From: an uncultured virus (IMG/VR IMGVR_UViG_3300009408_000009)
Taxonomy: Duplodnaviria; Heunggongvirae; Uroviricota; Caudoviricetes
Virus record (IMG/VR): IMGVR_UViG_3300009408_000009
DNA length: 64,000 nt
Strand: one strand, 5' to 3'
Part shown: piece after piece, positions 60,737-64,000 of the stretch
How the letters are laid out: the number at the start of each line of letters is the position of its first letter
How positions within the stretch are numbered: position 1 is the stretch's first letter
The notes under the pieces: model-generated
Told to the model about the DNA's origin: nothing
Database searches by the model: none
Seen by the model: the letters and a program-made list of their open reading frames with translations, nothing else
Position numbers and translations under genes: made by a program

Positions 60737-60886
60737 TATTTAATTCATTTATATATAAACTTACACACTCACAATTTCGTTTAGTACAGCCTTCACTTGT
60801 TCCATTAGATGATGATATTACATCTCTTGTGGTGAAAACTGGTTGTTCTATTTTGATTATTTTCATATGAAAATAATTATTAATTA

Positions 60887-62527
60887 TTAAGATTTATGGA
60901 ACACATAAATTGGTTCATACTTATAGATTTTATTTTTATGTTTTACCGAGTTTTTAATTCCTGTTTTAGATGGATCAAGTCCTATCATACGGGTCATTAA
61001 CATTTTTATTTTTCCTTTGTATTCACATCCTAACTCTTTTAATATTTTTATAGAATCGCCTTCTAAATCAAAATAAGTATCTTTACCAACTTTAATTGAT
61101 GCTATATTCCATAAGATATATCTATCATTTTTCAAATATTCATAGATAGTAGTCAAAGTGGGTTTCAAAAAATTATCCCGCCAATTATCATAATCAGAAT
61201 ATTTATCCCATGATTGTCCAGTTCCAACATCGCCATATCGCTCTCTATTAAAGTATGGTGGTGATGTAAATGCAATATCTAGTTTACCTTTGTATTTTTT
61301 AAATTTTGGATTTTTATATATTAACTCTGAACCATCAGTAAATGTTTCGAATGTATTAGATTGTGATTTTACTGAAAAGAACTTATTAAATGAATCTGAA
61401 TGATTATCTATACAATTTTTATTATAAAAATCTGCAACATAATCATATCGTGATTTTTGAATTTCATCTATATAATTATCCGGATTTGGGTCTGTACCTA
61501 CATAATGTACTTGTTTACGTGTACTCATCGCTCCAATTATTCTACCACCCCAACCAGCAGATGAATCATAAATTATTATTGGTTCATCCTGTTTAATATG
61601 ATTTGTAAAATTTTCATATAAATATTTTGCAGTTAATGCAGGAAAGTTTACAGCAGGTTGACCACAACTTAATCTAAATACTTGCAAGATTTTTGGAAAT
61701 ATACCAATAGTTTTATCATACCAACGTATTAAATATAAAAATTTAATAATTTTCCCACTCTTTAATGTTGTAGAGGGTTCAATCTCTCCCAAATTTGCAA
61801 TTTGAGTACTATTTAACCATTTATTATCAACACACGTTTGTACTTGTTCTGCAGTTAAATATAAGTTCTTAAACCCTACGTATTCATCATTAAATGTTCC
61901 ATAATTATCTATTGTATTTTCTTTTACTTTAGCTAATACAATATCTAAATCAGAATATTTTCCATTAAATATTTTTCCATCAAATACATCTTTTATAAAA
62001 TCAATACCATTTTGTCCATTCCAAAATTTATTTTCGGTGCGTTTTGTTACGATTGATCTTGACCAAGAATACATTGAATCGCGTTTTACAGCTCTTTTCA
62101 TAATTCTAATAAACCTATCTTCAAGAGTAGGTTCAGCAAAATAATCATAAATTGATAATCCGCCATCAGATGATTTGCCACTAGATATTTTTGTTTTTAA
62201 CATAGTTGGAAAAAACTGATTTATCACGGATGCATCTTTATTAAAATTTTGAATTATTCCAAGCGATTCTGTATCATTAGTTAAATCCTTTTCCAAAAAA
62301 TTGCAATCATTTCCTTTTAATTTTCTAAATGATTTTATTATACCATCTTTGTTCCTTCCAATTACAGGTGGTGTACCATACACATCCCATTGGTGAGTAA
62401 CTTCATTACGTAATAGTTTGGCCCAATTCACAAATTCTGTATCAGTCATTTGTAATAATTGATGATACGTTGTATTCGATTTAAATTCAGAAAATCTGGA
62501 ACGTTCATAAAAATAGTTTTTACTCAT
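60887..62527 (-). CDS. DNA methyltransferase (SPPY type) in the replication module
   Basis: YDSSAGWGGR, GTDPN, FTSPPYF. Confidence 0.82.
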   Translation of the reverse strand: MSKNYFYERSRFSEFKSNTTYHQLLQMTDTEFVNWAKLLRNEVTHQWDVYGTPPVIGRNKDGIIKSFRKLKGNDCNFLEKDLTNDTESLGIIQNFNKDASVINQFFPTMLKTKISSGKSSDGGLSIYDYFAEPTLEDRFIRIMKRAVKRDSMYSWSRSIVTKRTENKFWNGQNGIDFIKDVFDGKIFNGKYSDLDIVLAKVKENTIDNYGTFNDEYVGFKNLYLTAEQVQTCVDNKWLNSTQIANLGEIEPSTTLKSGKIIKFLYLIRWYDKTIGIFPKILQVFRLSCGQPAVNFPALTAKYLYENFTNHIKQDEPIIIYDSSAGWGGRIIGAMSTRKQVHYVGTDPNPDNYIDEIQKSRYDYVADFYNKNCIDNHSDSFNKFFSVKSQSNTFETFTDGSELIYKNPKFKKYKGKLDIAFTSPPYFNRERYGDVGTGQSWDKYSDYDNWRDNFLKPTLTTIYEYLKNDRYILWNIASIKVGKDTYFDLEGDSIKILKELGCEYKGKIKMLMTRMIGLDPSKTGIKNSVKHKNKIYKYEPIYVFHKS

Positions 62528-62566
62528 TTATTATAATATTTGAAATTGATTTTCAATAAATATAAA

Positions 62567-63280
62567 TTACGAATTTACCTCTACTAAAAAATAATCGGTT
62601 GTGTATTCGTCCACTTCAAAATGAATGTGAGCCAATCCTTGGGTTGAAATATTTAACGTTGCAGTTTTTGCTTCTTTATTTGCAACAAGAATTTCTTTTA
62701 AGTATTTTGCTGAAAATGATATTGGTTTAACTTCATCTGTGGTTTCACATTCAACATCAATAGAAATTCTATTTGAGTTAATATTTTCATACCCAATAAT
62801 AATTTGATGTTTATTATTTTTAGATAAAAATGTGAAATTATCTACTTCTGCAAGTGCTCCTTTTGCTTTAATGAATTTTGTAATAAAATTTTGGTCAAGT
62901 TTTAATTTTACATCAAACTCTGGTAATTGTTTTAAATCAGGTACGGTTGGTATAACTGATAAATCAGCCAGCATATAATTAATTGAGGTTGATTCATCCT
63001 TAAATTTGGCAGAAGCTACTTTATCGTTAACTACTGATAATTCAAAATCTATATCAGCACCAAGTACTCCTAGCATTTTTATTAATTTTGTAGTATCATA
63101 CACTCCGAATGTTAAATCATTTTGGTCAAATCCAGTCATATTAACTGTACCAAGTACTGATTTATCATCTGAAATAAATGATGTATTTAAGGTATTGTTT
63201 GATGATTGCCATTTTACTGATTCTACGAGACCAGCCAAATTATACTTACTAATAAATCTGTTTAATTTTTGTTTTTCCAT
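62567..63280 (-). CDS. Sliding clamp (gp45/PCNA-like)
   Basis: Size, position between Pol B and the clamp loader, FSAKYLKEIL...ISTQGL pattern. Confidence 0.75.
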   Translation of the reverse strand: MEKQKLNRFISKYNLAGLVESVKWQSSNNTLNTSFISDDKSVLGTVNMTGFDQNDLTFGVYDTTKLIKMLGVLGADIDFELSVVNDKVASAKFKDESTSINYMLADLSVIPTVPDLKQLPEFDVKLKLDQNFITKFIKAKGALAEVDNFTFLSKNNKHQIIIGYENINSNRISIDVECETTDEVKPISFSAKYLKEILVANKEAKTATLNISTQGLAHIHFEVDEYTTDYFLVEVNS

Positions 63281-63421
63281 TTTTTGTATTTAAATTTAGT
63301 TTTTATGTATTCTTATTGCTAATATACGAATAATTTTTTAATTATCCTAATATTTTTAGTGTTTATTATTTGTTTTTACATGTCATGGTCATGACCATAC
63401 ATTATAATTCTATTTAATTTA

Positions 63422-64000
63422 TTAAAAATTAAAAAATTTACTGGCAGTTTTTTGTTCATTAAGTACTAATCCCCATTTTAATACATCATAAAAATCTTGA
63501 AGTTTTCCTAATAATTCTCTTTCAAATATTTTTTCATGATTAATATAAGTATCTATAAATTTTGTTATTTCTGGTGGGTCTTTATATCCAGTAAATCCTA
63601 CTGCATCTAATCCAAACGGATTACGTTTTAAATACACCCATTTTATTTTATCGCCGTTTTTCATTGGTGCGTATTTATATGGAGTTTTGTAATATTTTAA
63701 TAAATCATTATACGCAATACCAGCTTTAACATGAGCAGGTGCACCCTTTTTAAAATCGAATAATTTTGTGCTCCCAACATTCATATATTTACTTAGTTCC
63801 TTTACTGCAGAATTTTTAGCTATATCTGTGTTTGATAACTGTATCATCGAACTTTTGAATCCTAATATTATATCTGATATTGTACTTTGCGGTGTATCTT
63901 TTAATATTTCTATAAGTACTTTTGACATTAAATCTTGAAATGCTTTTGGAAATGATGAACGTATTACATCTAACCCTTTAACATCAAGTTTATCAACAGG
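63422..64000 (-). CDS. Family B DNA polymerase, C-terminal part (continues beyond the window)
   Basis: Frame open from the window edge: DVKGLDVIRSSFP, KGAPAHVKA, GDKIKWVYL, C-terminal FF clamp-binding-like motif. Confidence 0.9.
   Translation of the reverse strand, partial: PVDKLDVKGLDVIRSSFPKAFQDLMSKVLIEILKDTPQSTISDIILGFKSSMIQLSNTDIAKNSAVKELSKYMNVGSTKLFDFKKGAPAHVKAGIAYNDLLKYYKTPYKYAPMKNGDKIKWVYLKRNPFGLDAVGFTGYKDPPEITKFIDTYINHEKIFERELLGKLQDFYDVLKWGLVLNEQKTASKFFNF

Noticed and set aside
3483..63293. All plus-strand ORFs in the track
   Set aside because: Short, nearly all antisense to well-supported minus-strand genes, mostly with non-ATG starts, and without recognisable motifs.

Overview
AT-rich 64-kb segment of a large (probably jumbo) dsDNA bacteriophage, with essentially all genes on the minus strand. 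T4-like replication genes lie at the right end: the C-terminus of a family B DNA polymerase, a sliding clamp, clamp-loader subunits (one carrying a 170-aa mini-intein), GroES and an HslV-like protease. Recurrent TAnnTTTG promoters, a pdxH gene and a DUF4494-like gene suggest a Bacteroidota (Flavobacteria-like) host. From left to right the window holds: (1) a tandem array of hexapeptide-repeat genes with 20/23/46/14 shuffled 18-bp units; (2) an expanded family of small paralogues; (3) a 1.3-kb non-coding region with repeated palindromes (possible origin or terminus); (4) a dead tnpB fragment and two ~50-bp IS200/IS605 mini-elements; (5) a MoxR-type AAA+/vWA pair; (6) an ~8-kb island of about 10 DNA methyltransferase genes and fragments separated by integron attC-like inverted repeats, the best candidate for an undescribed system; (7) holin/endolysin and probable late genes sharing an N-terminal L/I-x-E leader; (8) a ~17-kb glycosyltransferase/sugar-modification cluster with dUTPase and MetK. 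No tRNA, rRNA, CRISPR array or integrase was seen. All family assignments come from recognising motifs by eye, not from database searches.
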